NCBI GenBank assembly: GCA_040386535.1
Contig: JAZKFH010000008.1
Location: 176,011 to 240,010 of the forward strand
DNA length: 64,000 nucleotides
Source: Myxococcota bacterium
GTDB taxonomy: Bacteria; Myxococcota_A; UBA796; SXON01
Direction of reading: 5' to 3'
A program made the translations under genes and the position numbers. Positions 19,269-29,285 of this stretch are shown here, piece after piece. How positions within the stretch are numbered: position 1 is the stretch's first letter; each line of letters opens with the position of its first letter. Under the pieces are notes generated by a model. The model searched no databases. It was not told the DNA's origin and saw only the letters and a list, made by a program, of their open reading frames with translations.

Positions 19269-21536
19269 TTGGCCCGCAGCATCAAGCAGTACGAGATTAC
19301 CGGGGAGCTCGGCGCGGGTCACTTCGGGAAGGTGTACATGGCCGTGGGCGAAGTGCCCGGCCGCGGCATCCACCCCGGAAAGCGCCGCGTCGTCGCGGTC
19401 AAGGAGCTGCGCGAGCCCGATCCCGAGTCGGTGCGCCTCCTCCTCCAGGAGTTCGCGCTCCTCGACCAGGTGAAGCACCGCAGCATCGTGCGCGTGTTCG
19501 AGTACCTCGAGGACGAGACAGCCGTCGTCATGGAGGTGGTGCACGGCGTCACCCTGCGCGAGGTGCTCGACGAGTGCGCGAAGCACCGCGAGCAGGTCTA
19601 CACCGAGGCCGCGGTCGAGATCGGCTGCGAGCTCGCGGACGCCCTGTACCAGGCCTACACGACCCCCGGCGACAACGGGGAGCGCCTCCAGCTCGTGCAT
19701 CGGGATCTGAAGCCCGAGAACATCATGCTGACGAAGGCGGGCGAGGTGAAGATCCTCGACTTCGGCCTCGCCCGCGTCGACAACGCCGACTTCCAGCGCG
19801 ACGATCCCAACCGCATCAAGGGCACGCCCGTCTACATGGCGCCGGAGCAGGCGCGCGGCGAGGACATCGACCACCGTACCGACCTGTTCGCGCTGGGCCT
19901 CATCCTGTACGAGCTCCTGATGGGGCGCCCGGCGTACCGCGTCCCGATGGACGCGCCGGACCCCATCGCGGCCATCTACGCCGCGATCGAGGGCGGCGAG
20001 CTCTCGGAGCAGTGCCGCGAGCTGGAATCGAAGCTGCCGGGCATGGGTCCCATCGTCGCGAAGCTGCTGCAGGCCCGGCCCCGCAACCGCTACCAGACCG
20101 GGCACGACCTGCTCGTGGACCTGCGGCGCCAGCTCTACAAGGACCGCGGCGTCTATCTAAAGGAATTCTGCGATTTCTTCTACGGGAGCCTCCGTCGGCT
20201 CCCCGATCTGCCCGACGCTGACCCAGGGCAGGGAGGTACTCGGATGTCTACAGGTGAGAAGGCTCCACGGAAGAGCATCGAAGAGCGCTTGCGCGAGTCG
20301 ATGAATCGCGATGCGTCTCCACCGGCGAGCGCCCAGGAAACGACGGGTGATGGCGACGGGGGCCCCAAGGCGCCCGTGCCCGTGCGTCGTGTGCCGCCTC
20401 CCGCACGTCCGGCGACGCCCATCGCCACCCCGATGGCAACGCCCGTCCGGGCCGTCACCCCCGTCTCCACGCCCGCGCCGACGCCCGTGGCGCCGAAGAT
20501 CGTGCCCCGCAGCGCCTCGGCGGCCCGCCCGGCCCCGAGCGCCGCGGACGACGACATGGGCCCGCCCTCCGTGAAGGGCAACAAGCCCGGGGCCAAGCCC
20601 GTGGCGCCCATGCCGCGGAAGATGATGGGCGCCCGCAGCCCCGACGAGACCGGCATGCTCCAGATGGTGCCCCTCTCCGACAACGAGGACGAGAAGGAGG
20701 CCGGCAACGACCCGAGCGCCACGTCCTTCTTCGCCATCCCCGCGCCCAAAGCGGAGCGGGCAAAGGCCTCGTCGCCGCCCTCCGCGCCTCCCGCGGCCGT
20801 GTCCGGCCCGCCGGCGGGCCGCCCCGCGTTCAACGGCCCGCCTGCCTTCAACCCGACGCCGATCGCCGGGGGCCCGATGGGCCCGCCGCAGATGCAGGCG
20901 CCGCAGCCGATGGTCTCCGGCCCGGTCGTCAGCTACGGCGGCGCTTCGGGTGGCACGCCGTTTCAGGTCGCCGGCCCCCAGCCCACGGGCAACAACAACG
21001 CGGACTCGCGGGTCCAGTCGGTGCGGGTGTTCGCGGTGCTCCTCGGCGTGTTCGCGCTCGCTTGCGTCGCTGTGCTCTCGGTCGTGGCGCTCTGGTTCTT
21101 CCAGATGAAGGCCACGGAGAAGCCGATCGAGACCGTCGCCGTCGCGGCGCCCCCGCCGGTGAAGAAGACGCCCAAGGAGGACACCGGCGTCCAGAAGCCG
21201 ATCGAGACCAAGCCGGCGCCGGTGAAGCAGAAGCAGACGAACAACAACGGGCCGAAGCCCGTCGCCGTCGCCGCCGCGCCGAAGCTCGGTGCCAAGGCGC
21301 CGATCACCGTGACCTTCACCGGCTCGCCGATCCCCACCAGCGTCGAGGTCAACTGTTCCGGCGGGTTCCGCGACAAGCGCAGCCTCTCGGGCGGCACGGC
21401 GTCGGTCCCGGACGTGCCCACCAGCGACAACTGCCAGCTCCACCCCAAGGGTGCGGGCGCGCCGACCTCCGCCAACGTGCGCGCCGGCAATTCGTACAAC
21501 TGCACCATCTCCGGTACCGTGACGAGCTGCCGGTAG
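19269..21536 (+). CDS. Hanks-type Ser/Thr protein kinase with Pro-rich linker, TM and small Cys-containing external domain
   Basis: GAGHFG, VAVKEL, HRDLKPEN, DFG, GTPVYMAPE; TTG start with AGAGGA. Confidence 0.93.
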   Translation: MARSIKQYEITGELGAGHFGKVYMAVGEVPGRGIHPGKRRVVAVKELREPDPESVRLLLQEFALLDQVKHRSIVRVFEYLEDETAVVMEVVHGVTLREVLDECAKHREQVYTEAAVEIGCELADALYQAYTTPGDNGERLQLVHRDLKPENIMLTKAGEVKILDFGLARVDNADFQRDDPNRIKGTPVYMAPEQARGEDIDHRTDLFALGLILYELLMGRPAYRVPMDAPDPIAAIYAAIEGGELSEQCRELESKLPGMGPIVAKLLQARPRNRYQTGHDLLVDLRRQLYKDRGVYLKEFCDFFYGSLRRLPDLPDADPGQGGTRMSTGEKAPRKSIEERLRESMNRDASPPASAQETTGDGDGGPKAPVPVRRVPPPARPATPIATPMATPVRAVTPVSTPAPTPVAPKIVPRSASAARPAPSAADDDMGPPSVKGNKPGAKPVAPMPRKMMGARSPDETGMLQMVPLSDNEDEKEAGNDPSATSFFAIPAPKAERAKASSPPSAPPAAVSGPPAGRPAFNGPPAFNPTPIAGGPMGPPQMQAPQPMVSGPVVSYGGASGGTPFQVAGPQPTGNNNADSRVQSVRVFAVLLGVFALACVAVLSVVALWFFQMKATEKPIETVAVAAPPPVKKTPKEDTGVQKPIETKPAPVKQKQTNNNGPKPVAVAAAPKLGAKAPITVTFTGSPIPTSVEVNCSGGFRDKRSLSGGTASVPDVPTSDNCQLHPKGAGAPTSANVRAGNSYNCTISGTVTSCR

Positions 21537-21592
21537 CTGCAACCGGCGCGTGTATGGCGTAGACTCGCGCGCACCGACGGAGGAGGGGTCAG

Positions 21593-23596
21593 ATGCACTT
21601 GTTCTTGATGGCGTGGCTCGTGATGCTCGGCTTCGCCCAGCCCGCGTTCGCCACCGACCTCGACGGCGCCGCCGCCCCTCCGCCCGCCGGCTCCACCTTC
21701 GGGAGCGCGCCCGACCTCGCTTTCAAGGACACCAAGTCCAAGGAAGAGAAGGAAGCGGACATGAGCGCCTCCGAGAAGGAGGCCGAGCGCAAGCGCAAGG
21801 AGAAGCTCGCGCGTGTCATCGTGCTCAAGTGGCCCGACAACAAGAGCGTGGACTACTCGGATACGACGATCCAGCGCAACGTGAAGTCGCGCATCGCGCG
21901 CCCCGATGCGCAGTTCTTCCCCGAGGTCGATCTCTACCAGAACGGAAGAAAAGTTCGGGACCGCACGGTCGTGCCGGCGATGCAGCCCTCGCACGTGCCG
22001 GACCAGAACCTCCAGCGCGTCCGCCAGGCGGTCGACGAGGTGTCCGGCATCCCGTGGAACGCCATCCAGCCCGACCAGTGGGGCCTCAAGGCGAACGAGC
22101 TGCGCGGCATGGTCGAGCTCATCTGGTTCGTCGACAAGGTCGAGCAACGTGAGCCGTTGTTCCTGCTCTACACGCAGATCGGGCTCGCCGCGGAGAACCA
22201 GAACCAGAACGTCCCGCCCTTCTACGAGCAGATCGGCAACGAGCCGGTCAACTACTACTTCTACCTGGCGGCCACGTTGGCGTTCCAGGATCCCTCGCTG
22301 ATGTCGAAGCTCACCGATCAGGAGCTCAACGGCGCGATCGGGTTCATCCTGCAGAAGCTGCAGCAGGGCGCGTTCCCCAACCTCAAGATCGACTTCGAGC
22401 AGGAAGGCGAGGACTTCAACGTCGAGAAGTTCGCCGAGTCCTACGAGATCTACCTGAACGGCATCAAGACCGATCCGAGCGAAGACGGCCAGATGGACAT
22501 CTTCCTCGGCCGGACCGACATCTACCTCAAGCGCACCGACAGCGGCCACGGCCTCTCGGAGCGCCTCGAGGTGAGCAAGCTCGAGGACAAGATCTACTTC
22601 GTGCGCGACACCGCGCGGAAGAAGATGGGCGTCGACTTCATCGAGCAGCTGTTCCTGCACCCCAACGAGTGCAGCCCCGCGCTCGACGGGGACATCCTGA
22701 ACTACCTCGCCATCTACGCCAAGATCCACGAGAAGGCGGAGATCTACATCGCGGTGCCCCAGTACGGCAACCCCAACCGCGTGTGGGTGTGGCGCTACGA
22801 CCGCCCGTCGGCCAACCTCCAGCTCGTCGGCGGCGGCGCGGACGGCTTCCCCGTGCGCTTCGCGGTCCTCGTGCAGGGCGGCATCATGTACAACACGGCC
22901 TCCGTCGAGTACGACGAGGAGGCCTACGACGACTCGCTCGCGGCGCAGGGGAACGACCCCGGGTTCATCCCCGACCCCGCGCAGGAGATCGACACCGACC
23001 TCGGCCCGAGCTTCATCCCGGTCACGTTCGAGCTCCGCGGGCACTACAACCGCCTGATGGTCTCGTTCGGGTCCGAGTTCGGGTTCAACACCGGCGGTGA
23101 CGACGGCAAGGCCCAGTGGATCGAGCGGTACCGCACGCGTGGCGCGCCCGATTCGAGGGTCGCCAAGATGCAGGAGATCACGCGCCTGTCGGACGAGGAC
23201 GTGAACGGCGACGGCGTCATCGACGCCGACGACACCGAGACCTTCTTCGCGGCCACCGAGCTCCTCTACAACCGCGTCAAGATCAACCGGAACCTGTTCA
23301 TGGGCGCCGCGGTGGTGCTCGGGCGTGACGCCGGCATCGGCTTCGGGCCCCGCCTCGGCCTGCGCGTGGGCTGGACCAACGTGCCCTACGCGCTCCAGAC
23401 CACCGCGCACGTCGGGATGACCCTCGCGCCCCCGGGCATCAAGCCCCTCGGTGACCGGGTCCGCCCCTTCGTGGATGTCGATGGCCGCATCGGCGCGAGC
23501 TTCCCGTTCGCGACCAGCCTCGCCTTCGACAAGAACGCGGCGATCACCGTGATGCCGGTCTTCGGCCTCACGGCCGGCGTCGGAACCACGTTCTAA
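21593..23596 (+). CDS. Secreted protein, probable C-terminal outer-membrane beta-barrel
   Basis: Signal peptide; amphipathic beta-strand C-terminus ending VGTTF; DVNGDGVIDADD Ca-binding-like loop; GGAGG SD. Confidence 0.7.
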   Translation: MHLFLMAWLVMLGFAQPAFATDLDGAAAPPPAGSTFGSAPDLAFKDTKSKEEKEADMSASEKEAERKRKEKLARVIVLKWPDNKSVDYSDTTIQRNVKSRIARPDAQFFPEVDLYQNGRKVRDRTVVPAMQPSHVPDQNLQRVRQAVDEVSGIPWNAIQPDQWGLKANELRGMVELIWFVDKVEQREPLFLLYTQIGLAAENQNQNVPPFYEQIGNEPVNYYFYLAATLAFQDPSLMSKLTDQELNGAIGFILQKLQQGAFPNLKIDFEQEGEDFNVEKFAESYEIYLNGIKTDPSEDGQMDIFLGRTDIYLKRTDSGHGLSERLEVSKLEDKIYFVRDTARKKMGVDFIEQLFLHPNECSPALDGDILNYLAIYAKIHEKAEIYIAVPQYGNPNRVWVWRYDRPSANLQLVGGGADGFPVRFAVLVQGGIMYNTASVEYDEEAYDDSLAAQGNDPGFIPDPAQEIDTDLGPSFIPVTFELRGHYNRLMVSFGSEFGFNTGGDDGKAQWIERYRTRGAPDSRVAKMQEITRLSDEDVNGDGVIDADDTETFFAATELLYNRVKINRNLFMGAAVVLGRDAGIGFGPRLGLRVGWTNVPYALQTTAHVGMTLAPPGIKPLGDRVRPFVDVDGRIGASFPFATSLAFDKNAAITVMPVFGLTAGVGTTF

Positions 23597-23611
23597 GAGA
23601 GAGGCGTCGTC

Positions 23612-25090
23612 GTGTTGATCTCGCTGTTGACCGTCTCGATCGCCCTCGCCGCCGAAGGTACCGGTAAGGCCACCGTCGTGTGGCTACAGCCGGACCTCCC
23701 GACCCCCGAGCTGCGCGCGAAGGCCGAGAAGATGCTCGGCGTCTCCGCGGCGCACGCGGCCTGGGCCGACCTCGCGTTCGTCCCCGCGCCCTTCAACAAG
23801 GACGACGAGGCCCGCCTGGTCGCCCTGGAGCGCGCGCGGACCGACGCCCGGGTGAAGTTCGACGTGTTCGACACCGAGCGGGAGATCGCGGCGGCGCTGG
23901 GCTCGGCCATCGGCGCGGTGACAGTGTTGCGGGATGACGCCGACCGCGCGGCCCTCGCCGACGCGTTGATCCTGCAGGGCGCCGCCGCCACGCGGATCGT
24001 GCCCGAGGAGCGCTTCGCGACCGCGGAGGACGTCGCCGCCTTCCGCGGCTTCTTCGGCAGCAGCGCGGTGGTCAAGCCGTACGTCGATGCGCTCGCGCTC
24101 CAACCGGACGGCACCTGGGCGAGCGACGACCTTCCCGACGCGAACGCGTTCACCCGGCTCGGCGCCACCCGCGACCAGGCCTCGGCGCAGACCGCCGCGC
24201 GGATCGAGCTCACGCCCCTGCCCGCCGGCCTCTCCGTGGTGCTCGACGGGCGCCCGTGGACCGTGGGCGCTGCCTATGCCGACGTAGAGCCCGGCCGCCA
24301 CTACCTCCACGTGCTCTCCGGCGGCCGCATCGTCGGGCGCCAGTCGTTCGACACCGCCCCCGGCGCGTCGGTCACGATCGAGGCGACCGTCTCCAAGGGC
24401 GAGCTCGAGGCCGCGGGCGCGCGTGTGCTCGAGGGCTCGCGCGCCATCCCGGCGGACGTGGCCCAGGCGGTGGACCAGGTCGGGCTGCGCAACGGCGCGC
24501 CCACGCCCACCTTCCTCGCCGTGCTCGACGAGAAGGGGCGCATCGAGGTGCTGCCCTACGGTGGCGGCGCCTCCTTCCAGAAGCGCCCCGCGGTCACCGT
24601 CCTGCTCAACGGCAGCGTCGGCGGCGCCTTCCTCTTCTCGCCCGCCTTCGTCGACTCGCTCGGCACGCCCACCGCGGGTTGGGGCGTGGCCGGGGATCTC
24701 GGCTTCGAGGTCGGCATCTACAACCTCGCCATCTACGGCGGCTCGACCCTCACGCTGACCCCGACCGAGTCGATGCGCTACGCGAACGCGGACAGCACCG
24801 AGAACATCGACACCAACGCCTACTTCCACCCCTACGGTGGCCTCGGCGTGTACCTGCCTCGTCCCGACGTGAAGAAGCCGTTGATGATGCTCGGCGCCAA
24901 CTACGGTTGGTTCTCGCCGGGCGCGATGGGCGTCGGAGGCCGCGTCTCCTTCGGCATCCCGAGCGGCGACGGCACGTGGTTCCGCATCGATCTCGACGGA
25001 TTCCGCGGCACGCAGATGGCCGGCTTCCCGGGCGAGGGAGATCCCGCCGTGTACGCCGGGATCCGACTCGGGTTCGGTCGGAAGCTCTAG
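23612..25090 (+). CDS. Secreted protein with PEGA-like domain and probable C-terminal beta-barrel
   Basis: Signal peptide; LSVVLDGR...VEPGRHYLHV; C-terminal amphipathic strands ending IRLGFGRKL. Confidence 0.7.
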   Translation: MLISLLTVSIALAAEGTGKATVVWLQPDLPTPELRAKAEKMLGVSAAHAAWADLAFVPAPFNKDDEARLVALERARTDARVKFDVFDTEREIAAALGSAIGAVTVLRDDADRAALADALILQGAAATRIVPEERFATAEDVAAFRGFFGSSAVVKPYVDALALQPDGTWASDDLPDANAFTRLGATRDQASAQTAARIELTPLPAGLSVVLDGRPWTVGAAYADVEPGRHYLHVLSGGRIVGRQSFDTAPGASVTIEATVSKGELEAAGARVLEGSRAIPADVAQAVDQVGLRNGAPTPTFLAVLDEKGRIEVLPYGGGASFQKRPAVTVLLNGSVGGAFLFSPAFVDSLGTPTAGWGVAGDLGFEVGIYNLAIYGGSTLTLTPTESMRYANADSTENIDTNAYFHPYGGLGVYLPRPDVKKPLMMLGANYGWFSPGAMGVGGRVSFGIPSGDGTWFRIDLDGFRGTQMAGFPGEGDPAVYAGIRLGFGRKL

Positions 25091-25228
25091 GAGCGTTCGG
25101 GAGAAATGCTCCCGTCGTCCCCTCGCGTCTGCTGGCCGCGGCCGCGTCGAGGACTCGGTCCGCCTTTCCCCGAACGCTCCTAGTACGGACGCAAAGAGCG
25201 GTTATCCTGCGCCCCTCTGGGTGTAGCC

Positions 25229-26437
25229 ATGCTCTTGTCCCTCGTCGTCTCGGTCCAAGCCGCGTCCCTGCCCGTGTGGAAGTGGCCCGCCGGTGAGGTC
25301 CAACGGTTCCACATCGAGACCGAGATCGTCACGCCGCCGGGCCAGCGCTACTACGCGGCGAACAACCTGGATGCACGCGCGGGTGCCATCAAGATCCGGG
25401 CGGATGCCTCGTGCACCGCCAAGCCCGAGGGCAAGGTCCAGGTCGTGAAGTGCAGTTTCGCCTACTTCGACATGAAGGGGCAGGCCTGGGTGGCCGACGA
25501 GGCCGTCAAGCTCGACACGATCCTCACCGAGTGGACCACCGACCTCGGCAAGACCAGCGTCGAGATGGAGCTCGGGGCGGACGGGCGCCTGCGCACGTTC
25601 GACACCTTCGGTGGCAAGGACCGCAGCAACAAGCGCGAGGGCTACATCATCGAGCAGCAGCGCACCTTGCTGCAGCGCGTGTTCTGCGCGTTCGACCTTC
25701 CGCTCACGACGGACGACAAGGACTGGATCCGCGGCTGGTCCCAGAAGGGCGGCTCCGCGCTGATGCAGCTCCAGACCATCACCGGCACCGCCGGCGCGTC
25801 CGACATCAAGCACGTCCACGCCGGCGAGCGGGACGGCCTCACCGTCATCCAGACCACCGCCAAGGGCACGCTCTCCGCGGGCTCCGCGATCGACGCGGAT
25901 GCCGGCAGCCGCCTGGTGGACGTGCGGCTCGCCGGAGAGACCCTCTTCGACATCGCGAGCGGCATGATGATGTGGCGCGACTTCACGATGGACGGCCGCC
26001 TCATGGTCAGCGCGCAGCAGGCCGGAAACGGCGCCGAGTACTTCCAGGTCGGCGCCCTCCAGTGGGTGCCGGAGTTTCCCGCGCCGGGTGAGATCCCGCT
26101 CTCCGTCACGGCCATGCGGGCGCCCCGCCTCTCCGGCGTCGCGCCCGTGCCGGTCGCCGGCCTCGCCGTCGTCTCCTTCGCCGAGCTCGGCATGGACCCG
26201 CTGTTCGTCCAGGGCTTCCCGGCCGCGGCCGAGCCGCTCAACCTGCCCGTGACCAAGGTCACCGCGCGCGTCCTCGTCAACGCGGACGGGGTCCCCAGCT
26301 CGGTCACGCCGTTCGCCGGGTTCATGGTGCTCGGCGTGCCCACCGAGCAGGCGCTCCTCGGCGCGCGCTTCCCGGCCCGGCCCGCGCCCTACGCGGTCGA
26401 CCTCGACGTGGAGTGGCGCCCGTCGGCCGAGGAGTAG
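25229..26437 (+). CDS. Secreted protein with TonB-C-like C-terminal domain
   Basis: Short signal peptide; VTARVLVNADGVPSSV...ALLGARFP...VDLDVEW resembles TonB_C. Confidence 0.6.
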   Translation: MLLSLVVSVQAASLPVWKWPAGEVQRFHIETEIVTPPGQRYYAANNLDARAGAIKIRADASCTAKPEGKVQVVKCSFAYFDMKGQAWVADEAVKLDTILTEWTTDLGKTSVEMELGADGRLRTFDTFGGKDRSNKREGYIIEQQRTLLQRVFCAFDLPLTTDDKDWIRGWSQKGGSALMQLQTITGTAGASDIKHVHAGERDGLTVIQTTAKGTLSAGSAIDADAGSRLVDVRLAGETLFDIASGMMMWRDFTMDGRLMVSAQQAGNGAEYFQVGALQWVPEFPAPGEIPLSVTAMRAPRLSGVAPVPVAGLAVVSFAELGMDPLFVQGFPAAAEPLNLPVTKVTARVLVNADGVPSSVTPFAGFMVLGVPTEQALLGARFPARPAPYAVDLDVEWRPSAEE

Positions 26438-26460
26438 CGGTCCCCGTCGAGGAGTAGCGT

Positions 26461-26487
26461 CCCGCCCCGCTTCTCTCGCGGGGCGGG
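26461..26487. terminator. Hairpin between convergent genes (probable terminator)
   Basis: Perfect 10-bp stem CCCGCCCCGC / GCGGGGCGGG with a 7-nt loop; no clear U-tract. Confidence 0.6.
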
Positions 26488-26496
26488 CTTCGCCGC

Positions 26497-28587
26497 CTAC
26501 AGGTCCTGGACGAACTCGTAGTAGTCCCCGAAGTGCACCCGGTTGACCTGCCGGCCCATCTTGACCAGCTCGCGGGCGATGGCCTCGATGGCGTGCCGCA
26601 TGCAAACGTCCTCGCGTCGGGCCGAGGCCAGCACGCACGCGTTGATCGCGGCGTTGACGATGAGGCCGCCCGCGATGTTGAACTGGTTGGACAGGTAGGT
26701 CAGGTCCAGATCGTCGCCGCGCGGGGCGTAGGGCGGAAACGCGCGCTCCCAGAGCTTGAGCCGCTCGCTCGGCGAGGGCATCGGGAACTCGACGACGGCA
26801 CCGAACCGGCGGAGGAACGCCTCGTCGATGTTCTCCTGGAGGTTGGTCGTCAGGATCGCGCAGCCCTCGAACACCTCGAGGCGCTGGAGGAGGAAGCTCA
26901 CTTCCTGGTTCGCGAAGCGGTCCTGGGCCTGCTTGACCTCGCCGCGGCTCCCGAAGAGGGCGTCGGCTTCGTCGAACAGCAGCACGGCGGTCCCGCCCTC
27001 CGCGGCGTCGAAGATCTCGCGGAGGTTCTTCTCGGTCTCGCCGACCCACCGGCTGATGACGCTGGAGAGGTCGACGCGGAACATGTCGAGGCCGAGCGTG
27101 CCGGCGATGACCTCGGCGGCCATCGTCTTTCCGGTACCCGGGCCGCCGGAGAACAGCGCCTTGATGCCGTAGCCGCGGGGCCGGATCTTGTTCGCGCCCC
27201 ACCGGTGGTACACGTTCTCCTGCTCGGACAGGTAATTCGTGAGGTGTTTGAGCTGTTTTTCGATCTTGACCGGGATGATCAGATCGCCCCACGTGTACTG
27301 GGGCACCACGTGCTGAGCGAGGCCGCGGAACTCGGGCCGGCTCCCCTCGCGGGCGGCGGCCCAGATGGCGTCGATGCTCGGCTCGTGCCCGCCCGACTCG
27401 GCCTCCGCGCGCTCGAGCACGCGTTGGATCGAGGTGCCGCCCACCGAGTAGAAGCGCTCGGCGATGTCGGCGCCGAGCTTCTCGTTCCAGCCGCGGCGGT
27501 TCAGCGCATCGCCCCAGGCCTCGTTGCGCTCCTCCAGCGTGGTGCGGGACACCTGCACCGTCACGCTCGGCCGGTCCGTGCCGAGCAGCGCCCCGATCGA
27601 CTTGCGGTCGGAGCCGCCCATCAGCACGGGGTAGGGAAGCGCCGAGAGCGCGCCGCCGAGCGCCATCAGGCCGTTGCGCAGCGCGGGATCCTCCTGGGAG
27701 GCCGCCACGTTCACGAGGAAGGGGAGCGCCCCGCTCATCCGCAGCTCGCGGACCAGATCGTAGGGCTCGTCGATGTATTGGCGCGCGCGCTCGAGATCGA
27801 TGCGGACCAGCGGCCGCTCGCACCGGCGCGCGATCGCCTGGGCCACGCCCTCGCGCATGCCGATCGTGCTCCCGACCACCGCCACGGTGATGGCACGATC
27901 GAGCGACTCGTCGAGATCGGCGATGCGCTTGCGGGTCGGCGCGGGGATGAACGGGTCCATCGACGTGTCGATGGGCGTGAACCCCACCGAGCTCGGCAGC
28001 TCCTCCTCTTCGAGGAGCCAGCGCAAGAGCCGCGGCGCGGGGTGGACGCGGCGCGAGGTGTGCGTGTCGTGCCCGTCGGGCGGGTTCAGCAGGAGCAACC
28101 GGTAGCGGATGAGCGGCCCGCCCTGCATCAGCCGCGCCTGGAGCGCCAACCGCTCACGACGCTCGGTGCGCAGCACGCGGGTGGCCATGTCGACCGTGAG
28201 GTAGGCCTGGTTCAGGTTGTCGTTTAGATACGCGAAGATGCGGCCGTACCCGGCGCTGATCTCCGGCGCGAGGGAGAGCAGGATGAGGTCGGCGTCGTCT
28301 CCGTCCAGATCGAACGCGCGGCGGAGCCGGGCGAACCGCCCGTCGGTCGCGTCGCGCATCGCGGCCGAGGCCGCCACCGCGTCCTCGAGGCCGTCGGGAC
28401 CGGTGATGTAGTCGATTTCGCCGTGCGCGCGGAGGAGCGCGTCCACCTCGTCGTCGGTGATGACGGAGCCCCAGAACTGGCCCTTGGCGCGCATCGAGGG
28501 CCGGGCGCGCTGACGCCGCACGGCGCGGAGCAGCAGGAGGTCGGTGCGCCGGAGGCGGCGCGCGAGCTCCTCGAAGACATTGCTCAT
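26497..28587 (-). CDS. eCIS AAA+ ATPase (Afp15/Pvc15-like)
   Basis: N-terminal RLRRAFDL...LILLSLAPE...YGRIFAYLND winged-helix pattern; degenerate first AAA module; GGPGTGKT, SRWVGETEKNL, LLFDEADALFG, DRFANQEVSFLLQRLE. Confidence 0.92.
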   Translation of the reverse strand: MSNVFEELARRLRRTDLLLLRAVRRQRARPSMRAKGQFWGSVITDDEVDALLRAHGEIDYITGPDGLEDAVAASAAMRDATDGRFARLRRAFDLDGDDADLILLSLAPEISAGYGRIFAYLNDNLNQAYLTVDMATRVLRTERRERLALQARLMQGGPLIRYRLLLLNPPDGHDTHTSRRVHPAPRLLRWLLEEEELPSSVGFTPIDTSMDPFIPAPTRKRIADLDESLDRAITVAVVGSTIGMREGVAQAIARRCERPLVRIDLERARQYIDEPYDLVRELRMSGALPFLVNVAASQEDPALRNGLMALGGALSALPYPVLMGGSDRKSIGALLGTDRPSVTVQVSRTTLEERNEAWGDALNRRGWNEKLGADIAERFYSVGGTSIQRVLERAEAESGGHEPSIDAIWAAAREGSRPEFRGLAQHVVPQYTWGDLIIPVKIEKQLKHLTNYLSEQENVYHRWGANKIRPRGYGIKALFSGGPGTGKTMAAEVIAGTLGLDMFRVDLSSVISRWVGETEKNLREIFDAAEGGTAVLLFDEADALFGSRGEVKQAQDRFANQEVSFLLQRLEVFEGCAILTTNLQENIDEAFLRRFGAVVEFPMPSPSERLKLWERAFPPYAPRGDDLDLTYLSNQFNIAGGLIVNAAINACVLASARREDVCMRHAIEAIARELVKMGRQVNRVHFGDYYEFVQDL

Positions 28588-28626
28588 CGGTGTCCTTCCA
28601 ATGCGGGGTCGGGGGAATCCCCGATC

Positions 28627-29250
28627 CTACAGGAACGCCTTCTTGTCCGCGAAGCGATCGTGCGCGGCGTCGCGGGACTGCTCGATGGACTGCAACACCT
28701 CGCGCGCAAACCGCTCGAGGATCGCGTCGCGGCTGAAGCCCTCGCCCACGAGCGCGTCGTAGCCGCGCTGCGCGCTCGAGTCGATCTCCTGGCCCTCGCG
28801 CTTCTCCGAGGCCCCGCCCGCGGCGCCCGTGGCGCCCGTGCTCGGCACGGCGTGGCTCGCCTCGTGAGACTCCGCGCCGCCCGACCGGCTGCGGTGGAGC
28901 ACCATGCGCTCGACGGAGCGCGCGGCGATCTCTTCTCCGTCCCGAGCCTCGTGCGAGCCCTGCCCGCCGGAGTGATCGACGTGGTACTGCTCATGCGCGA
29001 AGAGGGCCTGGTCCTCGGCGCGCCCGGGGCTGAAGTCGTCCGCGACGATGATGCTCTTGTCGACCGTCATGGCGCGCGCGCCGAGGGTCTTGAGCGCGCG
29101 GCTGGCCAGCTCGCCGCCGAACACCTCGCCGCCGCCGGGCATGGCGCTCCGCTGGAGCTCCCCGCGACTGGCGCGGGACGCGAGCCGGTCGGCCGTGCGG
29201 GACACGCCGCGCGCGCTGCGCGAGGTGGTGGGGCTGTCGTTCGACGCCAT
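28627..29250 (-). CDS. DUF4157 (eCIS core domain) protein
   Basis: LGARAMTVDKSI...F.P...QALFAHEQYHV (HExxH); adjacent to the eCIS ATPase. Confidence 0.85.
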   Translation of the reverse strand: MASNDSPTTSRSARGVSRTADRLASRASRGELQRSAMPGGGEVFGGELASRALKTLGARAMTVDKSIIVADDFSPGRAEDQALFAHEQYHVDHSGGQGSHEARDGEEIAARSVERMVLHRSRSGGAESHEASHAVPSTGATGAAGGASEKREGQEIDSSAQRGYDALVGEGFSRDAILERFAREVLQSIEQSRDAAHDRFADKKAFL

Positions 29251-29285
29251 GGGCCCTCCGAGACCGCGATGATAGCCTGTGCGGG

